Assembly (NCBI GenBank): GCA_013239625.1
Contig: MU054001.1
Span: 5,629,078-5,693,077 of the forward strand
Reading direction: 5' to 3'
DNA: 64,000 nt
DNA from: Lama guanicoe
Taxonomy: Eukaryota
The notes below the pieces were generated by a model. It made no database searches. It saw only the letters and a program-made list of their open reading frames with translations, and was not told the DNA's origin. A program made the translations under genes and the position numbers. Numbering within the stretch: the stretch's first letter is position 1; each line of letters begins with the position of its first letter. Shown piece after piece: positions 1 to 12,759 of the stretch.

Positions 1-1574
1 GGGGTGGGGGGTGCCCTCTTTGCTCATTATGGGGGTCGGGTATGAAGTGGGAGCTGAGTTCTTCCTGACGCTCAAACGCGGCATCGTAAGTTCCACCGTC
101 ATTGTTCCTTCGGCTCATGTAGGCCTTCTCAACTCGAAATGGCAATGCTGGCAGGAAACACTGCATGGGTTAATAACTAAAGTCAATCAGAATCCTCCCA
201 TTTGGGCCCACTTTCTGTGGGGCTTGATGAAAACAACACGAAGGCCGGCAGTGAGGTCGGCAAGATCAAGGACCGGCTGCCCGCATCCGAGTTCTTCTGT
301 CCATCCCCTGTAACTGCTGGAACGTATGAAAAAATTCCCCTGGGGTGAGTGGGGGTGGCGAGGGCACATGAGGGTCAGGATGCTTTAAGAAAGTAGAGAG
401 AAAATGTGAGATTGTGGTATAAGAAGCAGGTGGAATGAGAAAAGATCTTACTGGGCCTGAAGAATTTTAAAGGCACAGATCGACTTCCAGGAAGTCTGTC
501 CATGTTAGAAGCCAGAGCTTTTGCTCCTTGCTCTAAGCAATACGTAGGCAGTTTGTGCTTCTGGGTTGGGCAACAACCAGAAGTAGCCAGCAGAAGCTAA
601 AAGCGCTTCTGAATTGTTTTGTTTTAGGTTCTGCATATGGATCTGGCAGAAGTCACAGGGAGGCAGAAGCAGGGATGGGACTGGGGAGAAATACACCCCC
701 TTCACGTTCACTCTCACCGTCAAACGTTCAACCAGGTGCTGACATCATAGGGCATCAATGAAAGTATGTCTATTTTTTTTCTTCTCCATTGGAGTTCCAT
801 CTCGTAAGAAGTCGGGGCTGTGGATTAAGGATGAGGTGGTTAAAGCCTTAGATTACAGGCCTTTCTTAGTCTTTTGCAGGAGGAAAGTGCCTTCTCCAGG
901 TAAACAGATTGCCCGTGGGGGAGCCTAAACTTCCACTTTGATATCTTCAGAGTTTGGTCCCACTGGTTTGGAACTAAGATTCTGGTTGATGTGACAGGCC
1001 ACTGCTGTTCAACACACTCCTTTCTTATTCTTGTGAAAAGCTCTTAAAGGGATTTGGAGTTTATTTTTGAGTTAGGATATGTCTCACTTTTTCCTTATTA
1101 TGAAAAACATTGTGCTAGTCTTGGGCCTGAAGAATTATAAATGTGTGATTTTAGTTAAGAATGTGCTTTTCATTTTTCTTAGACGCTTTCTTACTTCATA
1201 GCTAGTTTTCAGTGTCTGACACCACGTTGGCAGAGACCAGCAGGAAAGGAAAGGGATGTAAGTTGGCAACATGCCTGGAAATGAGAGAGAGAAAAAGTTC
1301 TCCCTCACTGGAGTCGCTAAACTTAGCCACGGCTACAAAGAAAGAAATATTCTTATGCCACTCATTTTTCTTTTGTCAAAGTAACACAAACATGTTTAAG
1401 AAGATCAAGTGATACAGAAGGGGTAATAATGAAACGTTAGTTGTTTCTTGTTTCCACCCAAGTTCCGCTCCTGCTCCTAAGAGGGAATCACTTTCAAGTG
1501 TGGCTTTCGGTGGACCCGTCCGTGTCTCTCATACTCCACCTACGTAGCTGTTTCTGTTCTTGATTTTGTTTTGT

Positions 1575-2335
1575 TGCAGTATAATTCACATGAAAATAAA
1601 TTCATCATTTTAAAGAGTACGATTCAGTGATTTTTTTTGGTATATTCATACAGTTGTGTGACCATCACCACTAATTCTAGAACATTTTCATCACCCCTCC
1701 AAAGAAAACCATATTCATTAGCACTCATTCCTCATTACTCCTCCCCCCAGCCCTTACAGTTACTCATCTACTTTGTGTGTCTATGGATTTGACTCTTCTG
1801 GACATTTCATACAGATAGTCACACAATATGTAACTTTTTTTTATAATTGATTTACAATGTTGTGTTAGTTTTCAGGTGAACAACAAAGTGATTCAGTTAT
1901 ACATATATATCTATTCTTTTTCAGATTCTTTTCCACTATGAGTTATTACAAAATACTGACTACAGTTCCCTGTGCTATACAGTAGGTCTTTGCTGTTTAT
2001 CTAGTTTATATATAGTAGTGTGTATATGTTAATCCCAAACTCCTAATTTATCCTTCCCCCTCGATATGTGACCATTTGTTATCTGGCTTCTTTCACTTAG
2101 CAAGATGTTTTCAAGGTTCATCCATATTGTAATATGTTTAAGTACTTCATTTCTTTTTATGGCTGAATAATATTCCATTGCATGGATAGATGTACCACAC
2201 TTTGTCCATTAATTAGTTGATGGTGAATATTTGGTCTATTTTTTCTCTTTGGGGTTATTATGAATAATGTTGCTATGAACATTCATTTACAAGTGTTTGT
2301 ATGGACATTTGTTTTCAATTCTTTTGGGTATATGT
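1575..2335 (-). mobile_element. Old L1 (L1MB-like) 3' fragment interrupted by a younger L1 3' end (~1836-2062)
   Basis: Typical L1MB 3' motifs (accatcaccacta..tctagaacattttcatcacc; ctggcttctttcacttagc). The inner T-tailed insert is flanked by atatgtaac/atatgtgac. Confidence 0.8.
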
Positions 2336-2484
2336 AACTGGTTTTGATTTATCTCTGTAGACTTCCTGTTATGAGATATGAATGTTTAACTTGTTTGTAC
2401 TACTCTCTCTTCTCCCCTGCCCTGTCACACCAATATAGTATTATATATTTTTACTTCCTCTCTTCATTACATTTGTAACTATAG

Positions 2485-2935
2485 CAGTTGTGATTGCTTT
2501 TCACTCAAATAATAGAAACCTGATTACAGTGACTTAAACACATAAGGAGGTATTTTTCCTCACATAACAAATCCGGTTTATTGTTAGTTCAGCTGCCAAA
2601 AACTGTCAGCAGGGGCCTAGGTTCTCTTTATCTTTCCTCTCTGCTGCCCATAATAGGCCAGCTTTTATGTTCATGCTTGTCTCCGTTTGATTACAAGATG
2701 GCTGCTGCAGCTCCAGACATCACATCTGTATACAAGCAAGGAAGAACAGGAAAATGGACAAGAACTAGGAGCTATGTTGGTGGCCTTTTATCAAGAAAGC
2801 ATAAGATTTCTTAGATCTCTTCCCACCAGCAAACTTCTACTTAAACCTCATTGGCTGGAAGTAAGTCACATGGCCACACCTACCTGCCAGATTGCTGGAG
2901 AAACCTGCAGGAAACAGGATTGATATCATTGGCTT
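2485..2935. mobile_element. MaLR LTR (MLT1J/K-like)
   Basis: caagatggctgctgcagctccagacatcacatc and cattggc...gtcacatggccacacct motifs. Confidence 0.65.
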
Positions 2936-2939
2936 AGAT

Positions 2940-3305
2940 CAGTAGTCTTCAGCACTGGCTGCATATTGGAATCTTCTAGGGATATTTTAAGATGTACTGA
3001 TGTGTATATGGTATTATCCTCATCTGGTGGTTCTCATCTAGGGGTGATGTTGTTCCCTATGGGACATTTGGCAATGTCTTGGAGATATTTCTTGTTGCCA
3101 TGAATAGGAGTGAGGTGTTCCTGGCATTTTGTGGGTAATAGTTATGATACTGCCAAATATCCTACAATGCAGAGGACAGCCCCCCACCACAAAGATTTAT
3201 CCAGTCCAATATGTCAATAGTGTCAAGACTAAGCCACTTTGCCCTAGACCAATTAAATTATAATCTCCTCCATGTAGTTCCAACGTGCAACCAGTGTTGA
3301 AAACC
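2940..3305. mobile_element. MER5-like hAT element containing a nested MER20 (~3025-3242)
   Basis: MER20 hallmarks gggacatttggcaatgtc and atcctacaatgcagaggacagccccc; MER5-like ends (cactggctgcatattggaatc; gtgcaaccagtgttgaaaacca). Confidence 0.7.
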
Positions 3306-3527
3306 ATATCTTTGTGAATAATCCATGGCCTGTGCCTGGGCCCACTGACACCCTGAGCAAAGCTGGCGTTCTGCTACTAAGAAGCAGAGGGGCGTGGATA
3401 TTGGTTGGGTAGTGTGTCTACTCCAGTAACTTTTAGTCATGTATTGATACCTTTACTTCTAATTCCATTAAGTATGCAGTGTCTTTTGGCTCCCTCTTTG
3501 TGAAATGAAATTACCCCTCTCACTTTT

Positions 3528-3644
3528 TTGTTTTGTTTTGTTTTGTTTTTTAATTGAAGTATAGTCAATTTACAATGTTGTATCAATTTCTGGTGAATAG
3601 CATGTTTCAGTCATGCGTATACATACTTATATTTGTTTTCATAG
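3528..3644 (-). mobile_element. Young, heavily 5'-truncated L1 3' end with TSD
   Basis: T-rich tail plus ttgaagtatagtcaatttacaatgttg; direct repeat CCCTCTCACTTT on both sides. Confidence 0.75.
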
Positions 3645-4934
3645 CCCTCTCACTTTGAATTCTTCTCCCTTCTGCCTTTCAACTTCTATAATTTGAACTT
3701 ATACATTGACAAAATTAATAGCATTTATTTTCTTTCTTATAATCAAAGTTATATCTGTATGTTGTCTAACTATAGATTCTAAACATTGAAATTTAATAAA
3801 CAGGATTTCTATTTTGACATTATAAATGTTCACTGCAGAGCCAAGAAATGTTTTACAATAACTTTTTTTCTCTATCAGCTTTTTGTTTTCCTGGAGTTTG
3901 TAGTTTCATTTTTTTCCCTTGCACAATTTTACTTAGGCTTTTTTAAAGGGTTGTTTCATATAACCCATGTAAAAGAATGAACAAGGAAGAGCTAAACATT
4001 AAAACTGATCAAATTCCTTAAGAACTGAAAGCTTTCACAATCACCCTCAACTTCCAATTAGATAAAAGATGACTGAGAAATCTAATTAACGTAAAATGGG
4101 GAATATAGAATTGAATGCTAATATTATAATCCTAGGTACCTTATGTTTAATAAGTATTTGGTGAATGTTGTTAAATATTTGCATCTGTTTGGAATAGTGT
4201 TACTGGATGCTTCCAATTTAGGTAAGAGAAAAATCTTTCAATGATGCATTTGTCAGATACAATAACATATGATTTTATATATTATGCAATGCTGACATAA
4301 GGATATAGCAATGGATTAGCTAGCCATGTAGCAATTTTAAACATTTTTATGTGCACTGGATATTTATCATTATTGACTGCCATACGGCTGAAGAACTTTA
4401 AGTGAAATTATGCTCAGACTTCCCATGACCAGGAAGCAAGTTCCCTACTGTTGTGAACATCTGTCTCAGGAACATGCTGGGACCTCCAGGCTGCTGAACA
4501 CCTACCCTGATTGCAATTCCACGTGTGAATTCCTTCTACACTTCAGTGGTAATTTAAATAACTTTATGACATGCTTCCTAAGACTCTACACAGCAGGGTG
4601 GATGAATACTTGGGTTCCCAGAAGCTGTGTATTTCAACCTTTCCTATGAGTAGTACAATATCACATTTCCACAGATTATTTTTATATGTAGTACAGTTGT
4701 AATTTTTGTTACTTTTGATTGGCTAACTTTTATTAAGATAAAATTTACATACAGTGAAACACACAGACGTTAAGCACAATTCAAGAAGTTCTGACAAATG
4801 CATACACCAGTGTAAATCAACTTCTTAATTGGTTAATTTTCCCTTTGGGGAACTTAGGGTAAGTATTAATTTGAGATCTCTGAAAAGGATTTCTGAAAAA
4901 AGATTTTTTTTTTTTTGCTTTCTAGGAAAGTTTT

Positions 4935-5445
4935 TGTTTTAATTGTGGTAAAATATATCTAACATAAAGTTTACTATTAGTGATATTTAGTATATTCACC
5001 GTGTTGTGCACTCATCACCACTATATATTTCTAGATCATTTTTCATCACCCAAAAGAAAACCTGATACACATTAAGCAGTTACTTCCTATTTCTCCCTCC
5101 CCCAGTCCCTTGGCAACCACTAATCTGCTTCCTGTCTCTATAGATTTGCCTATTCTGGACATTTCAGTAAATGGAATCACACAGTATGTGGCCTTTTGTT
5201 GTCTGGCCTCTTTTTAAAAAATTAGTATAATGTTTCTAAGGTTCATCCGTTTTGTAACATGTATCAGCACCTCATTCTTTTTTATGCCTGAATGATATTC
5301 TGTTGTATATATCTACACCACAATTTGTTTCCCCATCCGTCTGGTGATGGACATTTGGGTTGTTTCCACATTTGGGCTATTGTGAATAGGGCTACTGTGA
5401 ACATTCGTGCACCAGTTTTGTTCGAACACTTGTTTCCAATTCTGA
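4935..5445 (-). mobile_element. L1MB-like 3' fragment
   Basis: ggcaaccactaatctgcttcctgtctctatagatttgcctattctggacatttc; gatggacatttgggttgtttccac. Confidence 0.8.
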
Positions 5446-6339
5446 AAAAGATATTTTATTTGTCACCCCAGTAGCCCAGATCTGATAAATATGTTCAAGA
5501 TAAGAGTTGCATTTGGACCAAGCTCTTTTGTTCTCTCAATGCCTGTTACTTCCACTAAAACAAAACAAAGTAAAACAAAAAAAAAAGTCAGCAGTGAAAC
5601 CACCAAGGAAGGAAAGGTAAACAGTTGCCCTGCTGTTTGGTGTGATTTTTGACAACACCCTTGGCCGGTATACAGAAATGTGAAAGTTACAGAAATGGAG
5701 AACAGAAAGGAGGCATTGATGTGTTTTCAGTTATTAAAATCACAAAGTTTTCTAGCATTTTTGCATGAAAGGGTTGGATTCCCCAGCTTGTGTCCAAAGG
5801 GGATTGTTGTTTGAACCACAGTGGCTTCTTAGTAGCTGGTTGCCAATCAGGCTGAAATGTATAAAACAGTAAAAGTGATCATTGCTCAGCCAGCAGTCCT
5901 GGCAGTTGGTTAAGCTTGCATTGCAGTGTGCAGACCTTAGGAAGGAGGGGCAGAATGGGAGTGAAAAATCTGACCAACCCAGTAATGGTGTTACCCTGGC
6001 TGTGTGCACCCTGCAAGCTGCGAATCCCACAAAGTTTCCACTACCCTCCAGCCTTCCGACCCAAAGCGATTTCTCCACCCGTGGCATCCAAGCAATTCTG
6101 GAGCCCTGAGAGAGAGGTAATCCTGAGGGGAAAGCCCATTTAGCCAGTACAAACAGTAGATGGGACCTGGGGACTAGCTGAAGACCAGCCGCAGCTCAGC
6201 CTAGCGTTCCCGAGGGTGAAAGGCGGGGAACGTGGTGCAGACTCGGCCGGGCGTTTTCTTCCATTCCTGGATGCTCAGCTCACCAGAAACAGTCCGTCTT
6301 CCCTGTCCACGACAGCCTCTGGATACATCAATTCCTGGA

Positions 6340-6520
6340 CAATCTGCTACTGGCTGTATGATCCTGGGTGACTTATTGAATATATCTCAGCTTTAGTTTC
6401 CTCAGCTGTAAAATGGTGTTAATCAAAGGGCCTATCATTTAGGATTAATGAGAGAATCAAGTTAATCCATAAAAAGCACTTAGAGTTTCAGGCAGATCAT
6501 TAGTGAAAAAAAAATGATAG
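6340..6520 (+). mobile_element. MIR SINE
   Basis: MIR core (tagtttcctcagctgtaaaatgg; taaaaagcacttaga). Confidence 0.7.
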
Positions 6521-7084
6521 TAATCGTTTTTCTGCTGACAGAATGAGGAGGCACAGGAGCAAGACAGATGCTGTACAAACTGCCAGGGCACCCGAGCCTC
6601 CCCTAAGGGCTGCAAATGGGGAGAGGTGGTGAGAAGGAGCCGTGTGTCCAGATCCAAACACCATGGGCCACTGCTGAGAGAACCGATCTCTGTGCCTTAG
6701 CTGCTACCTGGACACCAACAGCCTGTCATGAAAACCACTGGTTCAGCTTGTGTAAAAGCATTCTGGCTGGTTAAATGCCTTGTGCTCGTAGTAATTCTGC
6801 AGTTAAGTTTAAACATACAAATTTTTTCTTACATAGTCATTCATTCATTCAGTAACCATTCAAGTACCTACTGTGTATCAGCAACTCTTCTAGAACCTGG
6901 AGATATAGTAACAAATAAGACAGACACACAGTTACACTCTCGTGGCACTCGTGTTCTGGAGGGACTGAGCCACGTAATGTCTGTGTCCTTCACCTATTGT
7001 CACTGAACCTTTCTATCCTTCAATTTCCCTATCCATAAAATAGAGATAATAATAGCTACCTCATAAAGTTTTCATGAGCTGGTT

Positions 7085-8495
7085 TTTTTTTTTTGGTTGC
7101 TTGGTTTTTATTGAGGTGTACTTGACATATAACATTAGTTTCAGATGTGCAACATAATAATTCAATATTTGTATATATTGAGAAATGATCACCACAAGAA
7201 GACAAGTTAATCTGTCACCAATGTGGTTTATATTTCTTTTTCTTGATGAGAACTTTTAAGATTTACTCTCTTAGCAGTGTTCAAATACGCAATACAGTAT
7301 TATTAACTATAGTCATCACGATGTATATTATGTCCCCAGGAGTTACTTATTTTATAACTGGAAGTTTGTACCTTTTTACCACCACCCCCAACTCATTTCA
7401 CCCACACTCCAACCCCTGTCTGTAGCAACTACTAGTTAGTTTTCTGTATCTAAGAGCTTGGGTTTTTTGTTTGTTTGTTTGCTTTAGATTCCACAAGTTA
7501 GTCAGATTGAGATGGGATGCCCCATGAAAAAGACCAGCAAGACCTCCAGGCAGAGCCATTACTTTCCTGCCAGCACCATCCTGTTCCCTGGCCCAGTGGC
7601 ATTATCTTGCTTTTTGCCTCTGAAACGGCTTACTTCTAAGAAAGTGGAACTTACCCCTAAGATTTTATTCTTTCCCTGAGCTAACTCCTGATTGGTCCAT
7701 TTATACCACTCCTGATTGGTCCATTTCTACAAAGTTTGTTTCTAATTAGTCACCTTTGTTATACCTTATTTGCATATGATGTTGCAAAATGTTGCACAGT
7801 CTAGACTGGTAGCCTATAAAAGGCTGTGTAAACCTACAGAGGGGGTCCAGAGCTTGGAGTGTTAACTCCTCTGGGCCCGCTGATGTAATAAACCTGAGTG
7901 CTCCACCCCTCCGAGTGCTGCTTGGTCTCTCGCCAAGATCCAGGTTGCTGTCACAACGGAGCTATAACACTGAGCTGTAACACACTTTGCTGCAACAAGG
8001 TCATACAGTATTTCTCTGTCTTTGTCTGATTTACTTCACTTAGCATAAAGCCCTCAAGGTTCATCTATGTTGTTGCAAATCAAAAGGTTTTTTTCTTGTT
8101 TTATAGCTGAACAGGACAGCCATATTTCACATTTTCTTTATCCATTCATCCATTGATGGACACTTAGGCGGTTTCCTGGACACCCACATTGTAAATTGCT
8201 TATTGTAAATAATGCTGCAATGAACATGGAAGCACAGACATGTTTTGAGTTAGTGTTTTGTTTTCTCTGGATAAATACCAGGAAGTGGAACCACGAGATC
8301 ACATGATAGTTCTATTTTTGAGCTTTTGAGGATCCTCCATACTGCTTTCCACAGTGGCTGTACCAATTCACAGGTTTTGCCAACAGTGCATAAGGGTTCC
8401 CTTTTCTCCACACCCTCACCAAGGCTTGTTATTCCTTGTCTTTTTGGTAATCACTACTCTGACAGATGATATCTCACTGTGGTTTTGATTTGCTG
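7085..8495 (-). mobile_element. L1 (L1MA9-like) 3' fragment split by a solo LTR
   Basis: gatgagaacttttaagatttactctcttagc; consensus ...gagatcatacagtattt is broken at 7507/7998. Confidence 0.8.
7508..7997 (+). mobile_element. Solo ERV1-class LTR (490 bp)
   Basis: TG...CA termini, 4-bp TSD agat/aggt, two CCAAT-containing 19-bp repeats, TATAAAA 7815-7821, AATAAA 7887-7892. Confidence 0.8.
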
Positions 8496-8939
8496 CCATC
8501 TTTTACCAAAGGAAACCAGAGATTCCCTGGTGGGTTGTGGGGGAGGACTTGAGGGTAAGACAGCAACAAGGCTTGAGACATCTTGTGGTGAGAAAGCAAG
8601 GATGCTTTCAAAGATTTGAGGGTTCTGTGGCGCTAGGGAAGGAGGCCAGCCCGTGGGAGGACCCCCATTTGGAAGGGTAACCATGGAATGAGGAGTTCAG
8701 AAGGAAAGTTCATAATCTCAGCCTTTTTGAAGATACCGAGTCTGTAAAAACTCCAAAGTCCTGAAAAGGGAACGTTAACATGGTATGTTCTCTAAGGAAC
8801 TTACCCAGGTGAATTTTCAGTCTTGTTTACTAGAGAAAATGTTATATATTGATTGAACCAAAGTATGTACCAATAGAAAATTCTTCTGTTAAGATTTTGT
8901 TCAACAAGCAAGGTGCCAAATCAATTTATTTTGCTCTAC

Positions 8940-9305
8940 ATCTCAATCAGTTTGGATTGCTGTATCAAAACCACCATAGACTAAGTGGCTTATAAACAGT
9001 AGAAATTTATTTCTCTTGGTTCTGGAGGCTGGGAAGTCTGAGATCCAGGTGTCAGCAGATTCAGTGTCTGGTCAGGTCCACTTCCCTGTTCATGGATGGC
9101 TGTCTTCTCTGTGTCCTCACATGGCAGAAGGGGCAAGAGAACTCTCTGGAGTCCCTTTTTTAAGGACACTAATCCCATTCATGAAGGCTCTGTTGTCATA
9201 ACCTAATCACTTCCCAAAGGCCTGACTTTCAAATACCATCACAGTAGGATTAGATTAGATTTCAATTTGTGAATTTTGGAGAGACATACACATTCAGTTT
9301 GTACC
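8940..9305. mobile_element. MaLR LTR (MLT1A/B-like)
   Basis: gtggcttataaaca..agaaatttatttctc..gttctggaggctgggaagtc; cctcacatggcagaagggg; acctaatcacttcccaaagg. Confidence 0.8.
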
Positions 9306-9944
9306 ACCCTACAAGCCTTTTTGATCTGTTCAAGTTGTTTAATTAGGTGGATACTCAGAATTTCTAAAGCTTCTGTCCCCTCCTAGTGGTTTTTGATTGG
9401 AAAGTAGTGTTGATCAATGTGTTAAAAAGACGTCTATGATAGTCTGCAAGAACTGTTCTAAACTCAGTGTATACACAAGCTGGCCACCAAGTATATAAAC
9501 CCAGGGTGGCATGTCCACCTGCTTTTGTCATGAGAAATTGGGTCTTGTTCTTAGTCTAAAGAAATATTGGAGAAATATTTCAACGAAAAATGGAAGATAG
9601 AGACGCCTTGTTCCCCTGGTCCACTTGCGTCTTTTATTTGAAACTTTCATTTTAATCACCTGCTCCCTGTGCCCAATTTTGGTCTCAAACCCACCTTGCA
9701 GAAGCCAAGCTCTAGTTGTAGATTCTTCCTGCTGTCTGATTCCCACCAAAATTGGCTTTGCCCCTCAACTTCACACTTGCAGCAATGAGAGAGAAATTAT
9801 CCTCACATCTGGACTGACCGGTAAGTCACAGGGGGCATTTCTGGGGAAACTAGGAGGTTGACACAGATAGAGAAGCATAAGGCAGATGGGATCAAGGAGC
9901 TTCTCACCCTCAGAGCCCCAGCTTCTGCTGCTCTTTTTGACTGA

Positions 9945-10710
9945 ATTGCGGAAGTCAACCGTGATGTCACAAAAAATAAGTGTTGGCTTTTGTCCCTGGT
10001 TCCTGGCACACAGCTCCTAACACCCTTGGACTGGCCAGAGCGATGCGTGTCTTTTGTATGCTAATGGCATGACTAGTGGCTGGTCATCAGAAAGACCAGG
10101 CATCATTAGAGGGCTGGAACTTTCAGCCCCACCTCCAGGCCTCCTGGAAGGGGAGAGGGGCAGGGGATTGAGTCAATCACCTGAGACTGAGTTAACTGCT
10201 AGTGATCAACGATTTAATTGATCATGCCTACATAGTGGAACTTCCGTAAGAACCCTAAATAACGGTTCAGAGAGCTTCCAGGTTGGTGAACACATCAAGG
10301 TGCTGGGAGGGTGGTGCACCCCCCCCAAACCCCTCCACCCTGACATATACCTTGCCCTATGCATCTCTTCCAACTGGCCAATTCTGAGTTGAATCTTTTC
10401 TGATAAACTGCAAATCATAAGTAAAGTGCTTTCCTGAGTTCTGTGAATTGTCCCGGTGAACTATCAGACCTGAGGAGGGGGTTGGGGGAACCCTCTGAAT
10501 TAACAGCCTGTTGGTCAGAAGTACCAGTGACAACCTGGGACTCGTAACTGGCATCTGAAGCAGAGCAGTCTGGTGGAACTGAGCCCTTAACAGGTGGGCT
10601 CTGATGCTGACTCCAGGTAGATGGTGTCAGAACGGAACTGAATTGTAGGACCCACAGCAGGAGAGGCAGTGTGGACAAGACACCACGCCTTTGGTGTCAG
10701 AAGTGTCATG
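9945..10710. mobile_element. MER21-like ERVL LTR
   Basis: gttcctggcacacagctcctaa, gagagcttccaggttggtgaacacatc, gtaaagtgctttcctgagttctgtga, tggtgtcagaagtg. Confidence 0.75.
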
Positions 10711-11756
10711 AGTAAAAATAGCTCAGAGCTCTGAAGCAAGAAGAGGAGAGGGCAGGAGGAGCAAAGGGAGACCCAGGTAAGACCCACGGTGTGGATACAT
10801 TCAACAAGCAATCTTCCGGTTCAAAAATCTCGTCCTTAAGAGACAGATACTGACAATCACTATTTTTATTTTTTGTAAACTCAGAGGAAAAGCCAAGCTG
10901 TGCCTTCAGGAGGGGACAGAATTAAGCAAACCTGAAGGCTGGATCCAATCATAAAGCAGCCGGGCCCAGGACCGACACAAAGTAATGGTGACTTTGCCGA
11001 TTGGAGTGGGGAGAGGAAATGAGGTCACATGTATAAAACTCTTCACAAACCTCACACAATTTGTCCACAGTCGTCACAGGCAGAGGGAAGAAATCTGGTT
11101 TCTTTCTTTTCCTGTTGGAAATGAATGAAACCGCGCCGTATTCCTTTCACTTTGTTGCCTGAAAACTGGTTCGTTTGAATGAAACCCTGGGCCTAGAATC
11201 CAGCAAACAGGGAAGGAGCTGCTTCAGAATAATGAGATGCTGCTGGGGAAAGAGAAAAATGATCAAATTTCAACCACTACTTGGAAATGCAAACAGATTC
11301 ATGTATTCATGGTCACTGATGTCTTTATTGGAGCCGGAACGTCTAACACGTCCAAACAGCACACGATTAGTCTCCATAATAGGAACGAAACAAGCTCCCA
11401 GGGAACTAGTCAGCTGATCACGCTGCAGAGGGTGTTCAGTGCTTTTCCACAGCGAATGTGGCACTCGGTCGGTCCCCTGATGCCTCGCGCTAATGCGCAC
11501 ATGGGGCGTCATCTGTCCCGACACCTGCTGACTTCAGATACGTCAGCATCCTTAGTCACCGCAGCCTGACACCCTCCAGGTGCTGGGCTCAGCTCCAGGC
11601 CCTTAGGGGATCAGACCTAATTCCAGACTCGGAGAGATCATGGTGAGACCGAAGAGCCTGGCTGCTTGTTTATTTGATTAAAAGAAGAAAAACTTCACTG
11701 TTACAGAACAAAGAGTGCAAAGCGAGCCCTCCCCTCTCCACCCCAGGCCTGGCTCC

Positions 11757-11833
11757 GTGATTTCACTTACAGATTTTATAATGCTGAGCCAATGTGATTT
11801 CACTTACAGATTTTATAATGCTGAGCCAATGTG
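11757..11833. repeat. Perfect 37-bp tandem duplication
   Basis: GTGATTTCACTTACAGATTTTATAATGCTGAGCCAAT at 11757-11793 and 11794-11830, followed by GTG. Confidence 0.95.
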
Positions 11834-12115
11834 GAAAATTGCACTATTGCTTAGCAACCCAGATTATAGAGAAAATTAGATCTGAAAGACCCACGACAAC
11901 AGGCAGGATTCTAAAGGGAGACACAGTAAAGAGAAGGGGCCAGAATGACTCACCTCAAGGCTGACTCCCCTCTGAGTCTACACTTGGCCTCTAATAACAA
12001 TCAGAGTTAACGTGAATTAAGCACTTCGTGGGTGAGACACTATACCAAGTGTTATACACCCATCGTCTTGTTTCTTCCTCACAAAAACCCCTGAGGTAGA
12101 TATAATGGTTATCTC

Positions 12116-12246
12116 TTTTTTCTTTCTTTTTCTTTCTAGGAGGGGAGGTAATTAGGTTTATTTATTTTAATGGAGGCACTGGGGATTGAACCCAGGACCT
12201 CATGCAGGCTAAGTTCATGCTCTACCACTGAGCTATATCCTCCCCA
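12116..12246 (-). mobile_element. tRNA-Ala-derived SINE (Vic-1 type) inserted in a MIR (~12010-12335)
   Basis: gggaggtaattaggtttattt...ggggattgaacccaggacctc...ctctaccactgagctat. Confidence 0.85.
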
Positions 12247-12759
12247 CTATCTCCTCTTTCTCACAAGAAAACAGAGGCATAGGTATTGGTCAAGGTCACT
12301 CAGTCAGTAAAAGTGGGTCCAGAATTTGAACATCAGACCCCGGGTTTTTTGGCATCACGCATACTAACCCGAGTGCAGGTCCTTGTGCCCCAAACATCCA
12401 AAAATGCAGTTTACAAGAAAAGATGTGATTTGGGAGGGTGAAATTATCCAGATGGCGAACTCAATTTTTTTTCTTCACTGAGACACAGTCATAGATCATT
12501 GGAGCAAAGATGTTTTGTTCTGCTATTTTTCACAAAATGGAAAAAGCATCATTTTGACTGATTATAAAATAAAATGCATGCTTATTATAGACTATGCAAA
12601 GGATACAGGACTGTGGAAAATGAAACTCCTCCAAACACACACGACCACACATATCCCATCTGCCCCGGGTGTCAGAGAGAACCACTGTTAATAAGTTTCT
12701 CTAAACATAAATAGTTAAAAAAAAATAAATGCAGCAGACTTGAGAAGTAGCCACAACAA

